Of a stretch of 31,644 nt of DNA, positions 1 through 9,605 are shown piece after piece (the first letter of the stretch is position 1; every line of letters starts with the position of its first letter). The notes under the pieces were generated by a model that had not been told where the DNA came from, searched no databases, and was given only the letters and a program-made list of their open reading frames with translations. Made by a program: the position numbers and the translations under genes. Source of the DNA: Octopus sinensis (taxonomy: Eukaryota); assembly GCF_006345805.1 (NCBI RefSeq), contig NW_021832180.1:1-31644 (forward strand), in the 5' to 3' direction.

Positions 1-196
1 GTGTATGTGTGTGTGTGTATGTGTGTGTGTTGTATGCGTGCGCATGTATCTAGTTATACACATATGTTAATGTTATGCGTATATATATATATATATATAT
101 ATAATGTATGTATGTATGCAATATAATATGTTTATATATGTGTTTGTATATGCATATACGTGTGTATATTTATGTGTGTGTATACATATGTATGTA

Positions 197-245
<49 letters not shown>

Positions 246-453
246 ATCTATATATAATATATATATATATATGTGTGTGGGTGTGTGTGTGTATATATGT
301 GCATGTATATGCATATACGTGTGTCAATATATATATATATATGTCTGTATATGTGTGTATATATATATATAAATACATGCATATATTCATGCATACACAT
401 ATTATATGTATATATAAATGAATATATGCATGCATATATATATATACATATAT

Positions 454-485
<32 letters not shown>

Positions 486-540
486 CATACAAACACACAC
501 ATACGCACACACACACTCACACTCACACGCACACACATAC
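1..540. repeat. Compound (TA)n/(TG)n/(CA)n microsatellite block
   Basis: Directly visible dinucleotide runs; source of the [12 protein letters not shown] ORFs. Confidence 0.97.
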
Positions 541-789
541 TGATAGATGTGACTGTTCTAACATTAACCATTTATTTTTTGTTTTCTATTTGTTTATTGG
601 TTCCCCTCCCTCCCCACCTCCCCTTCAAACCCCGGTGAACCTCCTGCATTGAACTTGTGTGACAAGTTAAATCTGTGAAGAGAGGCGTCTATAATCATTG
701 TTGATGTTTATTTCTTGTAAACAACTGGTTCAGATATTAAAATACCAATATCACTCTGTACATCGATATTGGGAGACGGGAACGGAGGG

Positions 790-808
790 TGTGTTGCGTG
801 TGTGTGTA

Positions 809-842
<34 letters not shown>

Positions 843-1312
843 TAAGTGTGTGTGTGTGAGTAATTATAGGAGAGAATACTATGAAAGGTAGCGGACGATA
901 AAGTGAATGAATGAGAGAGGGAGGGAGTGAATGAGAGAGGGAGAGAGTGAATGAATGAATAAGCGTGTGATTGAGATGGTGACTGAGTGAATGAATGATG
1001 GTGTGAATGAGTGAGGGGGGAATGAGTGAGTGAGTGAGTGAGACAATGAATGAGTGAGAGAATGAGAGAATAAGTGAGTGAGAGAATGAATGAATGAGTG
1101 AGTGAGAGAATGAATTAGTGAGTGGGTGAATGAGTGAGTGAGTGAGAGAATGAATGCGTGAGAGAATGAGTAAGAGAATGAGTGAAAGAATGAGGAATTG
1201 AATGAATAAGTGAATGATTGAATAAGGATGTGAATGAGTGAATGAAAGATTGAGGGAATAAGCGAGTGATTGAGCGAATGACTGATGAAATGAATGAATA
1301 AATGAGTGAGGA
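790..1312. repeat. (TG)n/(GA)n followed by degenerate (GAAT/GAGT)n tetranucleotide repeat
   Basis: Visible gaatgaat/gagtgagt array; gives the spurious SHSF/HSLI ORF 751..1335. Confidence 0.95.
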
Positions 1313-1320
1313 TTTTTAGC

Positions 1321-1440
1321 CGAACGACTCGACACCTGGCACTATTCTTTCGGTTCCTATTAGCTGAATAGCAGTGTTACGGAGACGCAAACAAAGCATC
1401 ACCTGTTGTTAAGAGGCGGTGTGGGTAGAGACACGCCAAA
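1321..1440 (-). mobile_element. Degenerate 3' fragment of tRNA-derived CORE-type SINE
   Basis: gttacggagacgcaaacaaagcatcacctgttgttaag aligns loosely with gttatggggacataaacacactagcatcagttgtcaa in the copy at 1483-1930. Confidence 0.55.
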
Positions 1441-1482
1441 TATAGATATATACCCGTGCATGCATATATATATATATATATA

Positions 1483-1930
1483 TACTCTTTTATTTGTTTC
1501 AGTCATTTGACTGCGGCCATGCTGGAGCACCGCCTTTAGTCGAGCAAATCGACACCAGGATGTAGTCTTTGTAAGTCTAGTATTTATTCTATCGATCTCT
1601 TTTGCCGAACCGCTAAGTTATGGGGACATAAACACACTAGCATCAGTTGTCAACGATGGTGGTTACAAAACAAACGCATATATTATATATATATGTGTGT
1701 GTGTGTGTGGTGTGTATGTATGTATGTATGTATGTATGTATGTATGTATGCATGTATGTATGTATGCATGTATGTTTGTATGTATGTGTGTATGTATATA
1801 CGATGGGCTTCTTACAGTACCTGTCTACCAAATCCTCTCACAAGGCTTTGGTCGGCCCGAGGCTATAGTAGATGACACGTGCCCAAATTGCCACGCAGTC
1901 GAACTGAACCCGGAACTATGTGTTTGGGAA
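1483..1930 (-). mobile_element. tRNA-derived CORE-type SINE with internal microsatellite (about 1680-1800)
   Basis: Reverse complement gives a B-box-like gttccgggttcagtt, CORE-like ttgggcacgtgtc, an internal TA/TG/TATG tract and the tail gcggtgctccagcatggccgcagtcaaatgactgaaacaaataaaagagta. The same blocks recur at 13310, 14915, 23285 and 27078. Confidence 0.85.
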
Positions 1931-1959
1931 ATATGTAAAGATGTGTATATATATACATG

Positions 1960-2120
1960 CAACGAGCTTCTTTCATTTCCCGTTTACCAAATCCACTCAC
2001 AAGGCTTTGGTCGGCTTGAGGCTATAGTAAAAGACACTTACCCAAGTTTCCATGCAGTGGGACTGAATCTGGAACCATGTGGTTGAGAAGTAAACTTCTT
2101 ACTATACAGCCAAGCCTGCG
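1960..2120 (-). mobile_element. Second 5' half (tRNA head + CORE-like part) of the same SINE
   Basis: accaaatccactcacaaggctttggtcggcttgaggctatagtaaaagacactt is a near copy of 1826-1880. Confidence 0.85.
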
Positions 2121-2985
2121 ACTGGCACCCGTGCCGGCGGCACGTAAAAAGCACCGTTTGAGCATTCGGTCTCATGGAGGCAGCGACATGAGGCCAAGTG
2201 AGATTCTAGTCGTGACCGGTGCCAATGTCGCGTAGCTGACCAGTTAAAAGCTGCCTGCAAACGTTCGGTGATATGCTGGGTTTGTGAAGACCTGTCGAAA
2301 CGAGTGAAAACGTAGTCGTGGTTGATGACAGTGCCATCTGACTGGCACCTATGCTCTCTGACTGGCACCCATGCCGTCTGACTGGCACCCCTGCCGGTGG
2401 CACGTAAAAAGCACCGTTCTAGCGTTGGACCTCATGGAGACAGTAGCAGTTGATAAGACATTTGGTGATATACTTATAAAGCCAAGTGGGACAGTAGTTG
2501 TGGCCGATGCCCGTGTTAGGTCAATGGCTCCCGTTTCGGTGGCACGTAGAAAAACACCCAGTACACTATCGGAGTGGTTGGCGTTAGGAAAGGCACCCAG
2601 CCGTAGAAACTTTGTCAAATCAGATCGGAACCTGGTGTGTAGCGCCCCCGGCTTACCAGTTTTCAGTCAAACCTATTTCTTTGCTACCCACAAGAGGCTA
2701 AACACAGAGGGGATAAACAAGGACAGACAAACGGATTAAGTCGATTACATCGACCCCAGTGCGCAACTGGTACTTAATTTATCGACCCCGAAAGAATAAG
2801 AGGCAAAGTCGACCTCGGCGGAATTTGAACTCAGATCGTAAAGACAGACAAAAAACCTTTAAGAATTTCGCCCGGCGTGCTAACCTTTCTGCCAGCTCGC
2901 CGCCTTATCCGTCAAACCGTCCAACCCATGCCAGCGCGGAAAGCGACAAGTAGAAAGCGTTAAGCGATGATGATGATAATGACAT
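2118..2985 (+). mobile_element. Modular non-autonomous retroelement with RTE-like 3' tail ending in (GAT)n, interrupted by a Meta-type SINE
   Basis: Repeated module gactggcacc..gccgg(c/t)ggcacgtaaaaagcacc at about 2120, 2380 and 2525; ggcgttaggaaaggcacccagccgtagaaa; tail gtcaaaccgtccaacccatgccagc...gatgatgatgat. The clade assignment is from recall. Confidence 0.65.
2674..2906 (-). mobile_element. tRNA-derived SINE with Meta-like central domain, nested insertion
   Basis: Reverse complement begins aaggcggcgagctggcag, has B-box-like gagttcaaattcc, then gtcgactttgcctcttattctttcggggtcgataaattaagtaccag. Flanked by gtcaaacc direct repeats at 2666-2673 and 2911-2918. Confidence 0.85.
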
Positions 2986-3200
2986 ACATGTGTGTGTGTG
3001 TGTGTGGTGTAAATGTCTTTCTTTCTCTCCCTTTCGGTTTTCCTACTTACTCTCCATTTCCCTCTCCCTCCAACTATCTTTCTATATGCCTGGTTAAGAA
3101 GTTCGCATCACAACAATGTATGTATATATGTATGTATGTATATGTATGTATGTATGTATGTATGTAGTATGTATGTATGTATGTATGTTATGTATGTATG

Positions 3201-3257
<57 letters not shown>

Positions 3258-3375
3258 CACGAAATACACACGTAACGTAAATACTGAACGACACACACAC
3301 AAACACAGACATAACACGCATCGATCATCTTTTGTTTTGTTTGTTTCGTGATTTTCTTTTTGTTTTTTCTTTGTC

Positions 3376-3427
<52 letters not shown>

Positions 3428-3432
3428 ATTAT
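2985..3432. repeat. (TG)n, (TATG)n, (TA)n and (ATT)n microsatellites
   Basis: Directly visible. Confidence 0.9.
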
Positions 3433-3769
3433 TATCCTGCTTACCATCCGTATATATCTTATATATTTTTATCAAATTTCTTCACAACATTGTTATGACA
3501 TATTTTTCCCAGACGCAGAAATGCATATCACAATCGTTTCGTCTGTTATATTCTTCTATCTTATTTCAATTTCAATGTTGTTAATTTATTTATTCTAATT
3601 ATTATTCTATTTGTTTATTTATTCTTCCACTTATTTTTTTATTATTTCTTATTTATTATTTACATTTGTTTATACATAACCTTTTACTTTATTTTCATTT
3701 TTACTTTTATTTATATACCTGTGTATTATATATAATTATGTATGTATTTATGTATATATTATATATATA

Positions 3770-3807
<38 letters not shown>

Positions 3808-4292
3808 ATATAATATATATATATATATATTATATATATATATATTATGTATGTATGTATTCATGTATGTATATATTTGTTTTTCGCCGGCTGATAACAC
3901 ACCTGTTAAATTTGCTATTGTTAACGGCAATTGCATAAAGATAGAATCAATACAGGTGTGAAGGTAAAATAACGTTAAGAAAGTTGTGGCGAATAAAGGA
4001 AAAATACATAACAATAAGATTTGATCATCTTTTTTTGATTTGACTACCGGCTAATTCTCCTGTTTATCTTGTTATTGTTATTGTATTTGTTGTTACTGGT
4101 TGTTGTTGTTGTTGTTGTTGTTGCTATCGTTGCTGTCGTTGGAGTTGTTTTTGTTGGTGTTGTTGTTGTTTTGCTGTTCGATATTTTAATCTTTGTTTTT
4201 CTCCTTTCTTTTCTATCGATGCTTCTTTCCTTTTCTATTTCAAAAGACTTGGATTCTACATCTGTAAACAACGCATACGAACGAAAACAAGC

Positions 4293-4328
<36 letters not shown>

Positions 4329-4618
4329 GAATCACATACACGCGCACACACAAGCCAAGCGAAAAACATCCGCGACAGTGAGAAAATTTAGATAAACTAT
4401 ACATAAGTAAAATTACGTATAGAAGTATAGAAACATGACAAATTTACTTATTTCTCCGTAGATTAAAAAACACAAATAAAAAACGGTTAACAAACTTGAT
4501 CGATTTTCGGATGTTATTGGGGTCTCATCAGCGGTGTCCTAATTATTTGACCAATCCCAGGGAAACTATTAGTTTCAGAAAACTGAAAATACCTTTTTTT
4601 TTTTTTTTTTTGCTATAG

Positions 4619-4675
4619 ATGTTTAAGACTTCAGTTGATATCAGAAACCTGTCCACAGCGAACCCAATCCTCACT
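4619..4675 (+). other. Candidate 57 nt exon (MFKTSVDIRNLSTANPILT in phase 0)
   Basis: Long T tract + gctatag acceptor, open frame, donor-like GTATGA at 4676. Confidence 0.2.
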
Positions 4676-4699
4676 GTATGATATAATCCTTTTAATATA

Positions 4700-5118
4700 T
4701 GCAGAACGCTTGAAATTTGGTGGAGGGAGGGCATGAGTCGATTATATCAGCCCCAGTGTTCAACTGGTAATTATTTCATCAACCCCGTAAGGATGAAAAG
4801 CAAAGTTTATCTTCGTAGAATTTAAAATCAAAACAAAGGCGAAAGGCCGCTAAGGATTTTGGCCACGAAGCTAACGATTCAGGCGGCACGCCACCCTAAT
4901 AATGATAATAGCCCTTCCTAGTGGAGGCACAAGGCCAGAAATTTGAGTATGAAAGGGCAGGTCGATTACATCGATCCTAGTGCTTCACTGGTACTTATTT
5001 TATCGACCCCGAATGGATGAAATGCAAAGTTCACCTCTGCGGAATTTGAGTTCAGAACGTAAAGACGGACAAAATGCTGCTAAAGGTATTGTCCCTCGCG
5101 TTAGAGATTCTGCCGGCT
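4700..5118 (-). mobile_element. Two adjacent diverged copies of the Meta-type SINE (about 4700-4896 and 4898-5118)
   Basis: Both contain gtcgatta(t/c)atc...ctggta(a/c)ttattt..tc(a/g)acccc...ggatgaaa..caaagtt, matching 2674-2906. Confidence 0.8.
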
Positions 5119-5281
5119 TCTAAACCTATACAGTAGACATTCAAATATCCAAAATTTACCAATTTCTTAATAGACTGAAGAACAATGATAAACACGCTCT
5201 CACACACACACCTCTCTTTCTTTCACTCTTTCGTTCTCTCTTATTTTTTCTCTCTCTCTCTCTCTTATATATATATATATA

Positions 5282-5587
5282 TATAAAATATTATTAGAGA
5301 CGAAAGACTTAATCAATACATAAAATTTTAATAAATAGTCAAAAATAATTTGAAACTGACTTATTGGAAGTCCACCTGAAGATTGTCGATCAAGACAAGA
5401 AACGATTGTAGTGGCGGTTTTTTTTACTATTTATTAAAATTTTATGTATTGATTAAGTCTTTCCTGTTTGTTTTGCAAAATAGTGGTTTTGTCTCTAATA
5501 ATATTTTATAATATTTTACTATAAAATTGGATTTAATCCTAAATCTGATTTTTTCCCTGTAAATTTGGATTTATTCCCTAATATTTA

Positions 5588-5590
<3 letters not shown>
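5282..5590 (+). mobile_element. Penelope-like terminal-repeat remnant with 5' inverted segment and hammerhead motif
   Basis: 5302-5339 is the exact reverse complement of 5426-5463, and 5282-5301 of 5491-5510. An HHR motif sits between the arms. Confidence 0.6.
5372..5414 (+). ncRNA. Minimal type I hammerhead ribozyme motif
   Basis: CCAC-CUGAAGA-UUGUC gaucaa GACAA-GAAAC gauu GUA-GUGG. All core nucleotides and three helices are present; predicted cleavage after 5410. Confidence 0.75.
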
Positions 5591-5620
<30 letters not shown>

Positions 5621-6300
5621 CAAGGCAGAGTCAAAATTATGTTTTTTCAATGTTTTTACACCAAAGCTTGATATAAACAAGTACGTCATTTTTCTGTATA
5701 GTCTCCTTTCAATGCACTTGGTCCAGCGGTGCACAAGCTTGCGTATTCCATCCAAGAAGGCTTTCAGTTGGTCGTGGAATCATTTATGCACCGCTTCTTT
5801 GACATTTTCACATCTTCATCCGTAGGAAATCGACGACCTCGTAAACCATCTTCGAAAGGTCCAAAGATAAGATAGTCTGGTTTGTAGACAGAGTGTACAA
5901 GCACCTCAAATCCCAATTGGTTAATGGTTTCGACAACAGGCTTCGTCACGTTCGAATTGCTTGCTTCAGTTTGTTAACCGCCAAAGCCCTTTATCTTGCA
6001 CTGTTGATCGTACAGCCCTTTTCCAGGTAGTCTTCCAGTATAGGCCCTTCTGAGTCCCAAAAACGTGAGAGGATCACCTTTCCCGAGGAAGGCAAATTCT
6101 TGAATTTCTTCGTCGCTGGCAAAAGACATACACTGTCTTTTGAATTTTACCCCATAATGATAGATCCACGTTTCATTTTCTGTGACTATTCTGCTCAAAA
6201 ATTCCTCGCGCTCGTTGCAGTAGCGATCAAGTAAATGTTGGCAGACCTCAAGACGTTTGCGCATGTGCTCTACAGTAACAATCTGTCGTTCCTTCTGTTA
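5621..6300 (-). mobile_element. Decayed mariner transposon, 3' part with terminal repeat
   Basis: Translations RIVTENETWIYHY (IVTGDETW motif), FWDSEGPILEDYLEKGCTINSARY-like and DYLIFGPFEDGLRGRRFPTDEDVK (YSPDLAPSDY-region motif), with frameshifts and a deletion; ends at TA|caaggcagagtcaaaa. Confidence 0.88.
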
Positions 6301-6868
6301 ACTTCTTCGATCTTGGTCGAAGTTTTTCTCGTTTGAGAAAAACCAAATCAAATCTTTTGCTGGATTTTTTATTTTTTTAAGAGACTTTTAGCTTTGATGT
6401 AGTGATTTTCTTTTGCTTTTTCGGACAAATTGACCTTCCCTAATCATATAAGACTTATATCTAATGTCTTCGTGGACAACATTTCTGACTGTTCCTTCTG
6501 ACACATGGAGATCTTTTGCAATTGATCTCTTGAACTTTCTGGGATTGTAATCGATGGTCTATTGAACTTGCTGATGATTTCAGAGCATTTAGAATGCTTT
6601 TTATGCTTTGATACCGGTGATATGTTTCCATCTTCAGTCTCTAGTTCCTTACAAACATTGTAGACGAAAGATCTGGCAAATTTTAAAAATTGAGATATTT
6701 CTAAATCGGTATGCTCAGCATTTATAATCCCAATAACAGCATGCCTCTTTATTTCTTGAGTAAGCTGAGAGTCTGGCAATATTATTTTCTGAAACGAACA
6801 TTATACAGAGTTAGCAAAAAATGTAGCAGTGACACAAAAAGGTGTGTCCTCAAATACCTCACGCACCC

Positions 6869-6874
<6 letters not shown>
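6300..6874 (-). mobile_element. Decayed maT/DD37D-like Tc1-superfamily transposon, 5' part
   Basis: ORF 6444..6779 has an HTH-like N-terminus (EIKRHAVI...EISQFLKFARSFVY). Downstream frame gives LIWFFSNEKNFDQD (degenerate first catalytic D motif FSDEK). Terminus reads TA-CACAGGGTGCG. Confidence 0.75.
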
Positions 6875-6929
<55 letters not shown>

Positions 6930-7041
6930 TTATATATTATATATATGTGTATGTATAAGGGTGAAAAGGAACACACAGTTGATATATATGAAAAAAACAA
7001 TAAAAAAAGAAAATGCTAAAATAATTTTATAGTGAACATTT

Positions 7042-7079
7042 CAGTACCGGTTTCGGTCATTTTGAGACCTTTTCAACTG
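7042..7079 (-). ncRNA. Minimal hammerhead ribozyme motif, U3:A8 core variant
   Basis: Reverse complement is CAG-UUGAAAA-GGUC ucaaaau GACC-GAAAC cg GUA-CUG, identical to 8189-8226. Confidence 0.65.
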
Positions 7080-7429
7080 TAACGATTAAATAATTAAATT
7101 TAGAAAAATTAGAAGAAAAGTTTTTTTAAAAGAATATTTCTATAGTAGTGTTCAGATTTAGTGGCATTCTGCCTTTCTCTGACTCCCTTGTTTGCACTTG
7201 TGTGTTCGAGGTAGTTGTGAGTTCTTGGTAGGGTAGTAGAGGGAAGGCTGGTGAGGAAAGGGGGGTGGGAGGAAATCTGGGAGTGCCCTGATGGTCGTAT
7301 TTTGAATGGTCAGTGGCGGCTGGCAGTCTCAGTTCAATTCAGGAGAATATTTATATTGACAGGCTTGTTTATAGAATTAGCGTAGGTGTTATACTAAAAA
7401 CATTAGTGACAAAGTTAAGGGGTAGGGGG

Positions 7430-7650
7430 TGGAGAAGAAGAAGAAGAAGAAGAAGGAGAAGGAAAGATGACGGATGAAATGGTGATGGTGGTGATGATTA
7501 TGACGACGATGATGATGATAATGATGATGATGAAGAAGAAGGAGGAGAGAAGAAGATGGTGGTGATGATGGTGGTGATGATGATGACGACGCCGATGATG
7601 ATGATAATGATGATGATGAAGAAGGAGGAAGAAGAAGAAGAAGAAAAAAA
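7430..7650. repeat. (GAA)n/(GAT)n low-complexity block with about 86 bp internal duplication, inside the PLE
   Basis: gataatgatgatgatgaagaa recurs at about 7517 and 7603. Confidence 0.8.
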
Positions 7651-7778
7651 CAGAGAAAGGAGAATCTGAATGGGTTGTAAATATAGCTATGAGGGGCTGA
7701 TTAGTAATGGATTCTTATGGAGTGTAGTATTTGTGTGTGTATATATATTTTTTTCTTTTATTCTAAAGTTGAGGTATA

Positions 7779-8014
7779 TTAATTGTTTGTCGTAGACCCG
7801 TTAAGAAGTGGCTTGTATTTTGTAATAAAGAGATTTTCTTTACTTATTCGTTGTCTCGAGGTTGTATCGTCCCTAAATTGGTAGAGGGGGAAATTCTGAA
7901 GCTTGGTGTTTTTTTGTTGGCGCAAGTATCTATGTGTTGGCTAAAAGCTATTTTTCTGTTTTGGGGAATTTTTATCTGGGATCTGTGCAGGGCCATTCGT
8001 TTACGCAAACCATT
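7779..8014 (-). pseudogene. GIY-YIG endonuclease C-terminal half of PLE ORF, one frameshift
   Basis: Manual translation: NGLRKRMALHRSQIKIPQNRKIAFSQHIDTCANKKTPSFRI / FPLYQFRDDTTSRQRISKENLFITKYKPLLNGSTTNN*. Shows the R..H, H, R..E..FI..Y.P.LN pattern of GIY-YIG domains. Confidence 0.75.
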
Positions 8015-8188
8015 CCTCACCAGCCTTCCCTCTACTACCCTACCAAGAACTCACAACTACCTCGAACACACAAGTGCACAAGGGAGTCAGAGAAAGGCAG
8101 AATGCCACTTAAATCTGAACACTACTATAGAAATATCTTTTAAAAAAACTTTGTTCTAATTTTTCTAAATTTAATTATTTAATCGTTA

Positions 8189-8226
8189 CAGTTGAAAAGG
8201 TCTCAAAATGACCGAAACCGGTACTG
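8189..8226 (+). ncRNA. Minimal hammerhead ribozyme motif, U3:A8 core variant
   Basis: CAG(8189-91) UUGAAAA(8192-98) GGUC/GACC stem II, GAAAC(8214-18), CG, GUA(8221-23), CUG. Confidence 0.65.
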
Positions 8227-8284
8227 AAATGTTCACTATAAAATTATTTTAGCATTTTCTATTTTTACTTGTTTTTTCATATAT

Positions 8285-8317
<33 letters not shown>

Positions 8318-8512
8318 GTTATGTTGTATGTATTATGTATGTATGTATGTATGTATGTATGTATGTATATATACATATATATAGAGAGAGAATGTGTTAT
8401 GTGTGATGTACGGAATTGAATATTGAGAAAAGAATTGTCAGAATTATGGAAAAAATCGTTTTATTTCTTCATTATTATTAGCGTTTTCGTTCTCTCTAAC
8501 TTTGTCAAATAC

Positions 8513-8564
<52 letters not shown>

Positions 8565-8709
8565 TATACCCCACTCTCACTTTTCTTGACCTTCCCCTCT
8601 TTCCATCACTTTACCTCCTCCTTTATCTAACTCTGTCACCTTCCTTTTTTTTTCTCTTTCTCGTCCCTCCTTAATTCTTCAATCCCTCTGCCCCTTCTTC
8701 TCTCCTCTT

Positions 8710-9190
8710 CTTCGACGTGACCGGTGTTCGGCAAAGCCTGACCTTTCTTTCTTGGTTCGACTACCGTCCGTGTAGCATCTCTTATATTCCTTCCCATTAC
8801 TTTCATCTCTTATGTTGCTGCCGTAAGGCTTTACTTCCATATACGCCAGCTTAATTTAATTGGTATCTAGTCGAAAGACACCTGTTGTTAATGTCCTGTT
8901 GCTTGCATTTGCAATTGTGTACTATTTCTCCGTTTTATTTCTTTTTCATCCTTGTATTCGTATACATTCGCTTGTTTTCTTCCAAAGAATCTACTGCTCT
9001 TAATTTTTTGTGGGGCAGGCCAGATTAGAGCAGTCTCAAGAGTAACTAGCCGAAACTACAAAAACCATTTGGTACTCGATTGAAGATTAAAAGCTTGACC
9101 CGTTCCTGTTTTTTCCTGTTCTTTTTTTGTATCGTCTAACTGTCCGAATGTTTTTTACTGTCACCTGTTTCGTTCTTGTTCCATTTTTTT
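8710..9190. mobile_element. Unclassified interspersed repeat
   Basis: Non-microsatellite island resembling a recalled Octopus repeat (ttccaaagaatct...ggccagatt.gagca.tct..agagtaac.agccgaaa). No second copy in this window. Confidence 0.35.
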
Positions 9191-9212
9191 GTTTGTTTAT
9201 ATATATTATATA

Positions 9213-9259
<47 letters not shown>

Positions 9260-9262
<3 letters not shown>

Positions 9263-9420
9263 AGAGTTTACGAAAAAAAAACAAAAGACGAAGACAGTGG
9301 GTGTACAAAAACACAGAGATGTATTAGTAAACGCTCAGGAATAGAAAAAGTCTTTTACGTTCGAGCCTTCGCTCTTCAACAGAAAGGGACAGAGAAAAAA
9401 CAAGGAGAGAAAAAAATGTG
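9260..9420 (-). mobile_element. PLE terminal-repeat fragment with degenerate hammerhead (9352-9386)
   Basis: Reverse complement CUUU-CUGUUGA-A-GAGC gaag GCUC-GAAC-GUA-AAAG. Downstream sequence resembles the 26440-26506 copy. Confidence 0.5.
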
Positions 9421-9451
9421 TGTAGTGGCTAACGATCTATCATGCCGACTA

Positions 9452-9487
<36 letters not shown>

Positions 9488-9496
9488 TTTTTATAT

Positions 9497-9605
<109 letters not shown>

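Larger units (their letters stand above)
6982..8288 (-). mobile_element. Penelope-like retroelement, 5'-truncated, with inverted pseudo-LTRs
   Basis: About 277 bp near-identical inverted arms (6982-7258 and 8013-8288), each with an HHR motif, enclosing a GIY-YIG endonuclease C-terminus. Confidence 0.85.

Noticed and set aside
726-741. tttaatatctga on the minus strand matches part of U2 snRNA
   Set aside because: Only about 12 nt match, flanks do not, and the sequence is AT-rich.
3897-3960. acacctgt...acaggtgt inverted 8-9-mer, possible pre-miRNA
   Set aside because: The arms between the terminal stems are very asymmetric and it matches no known mature miRNA.
9025-9062. ctcaagagtaactagccgaaac resembling an HHR core
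   Set aside because: Core and helices do not fit the consensus.
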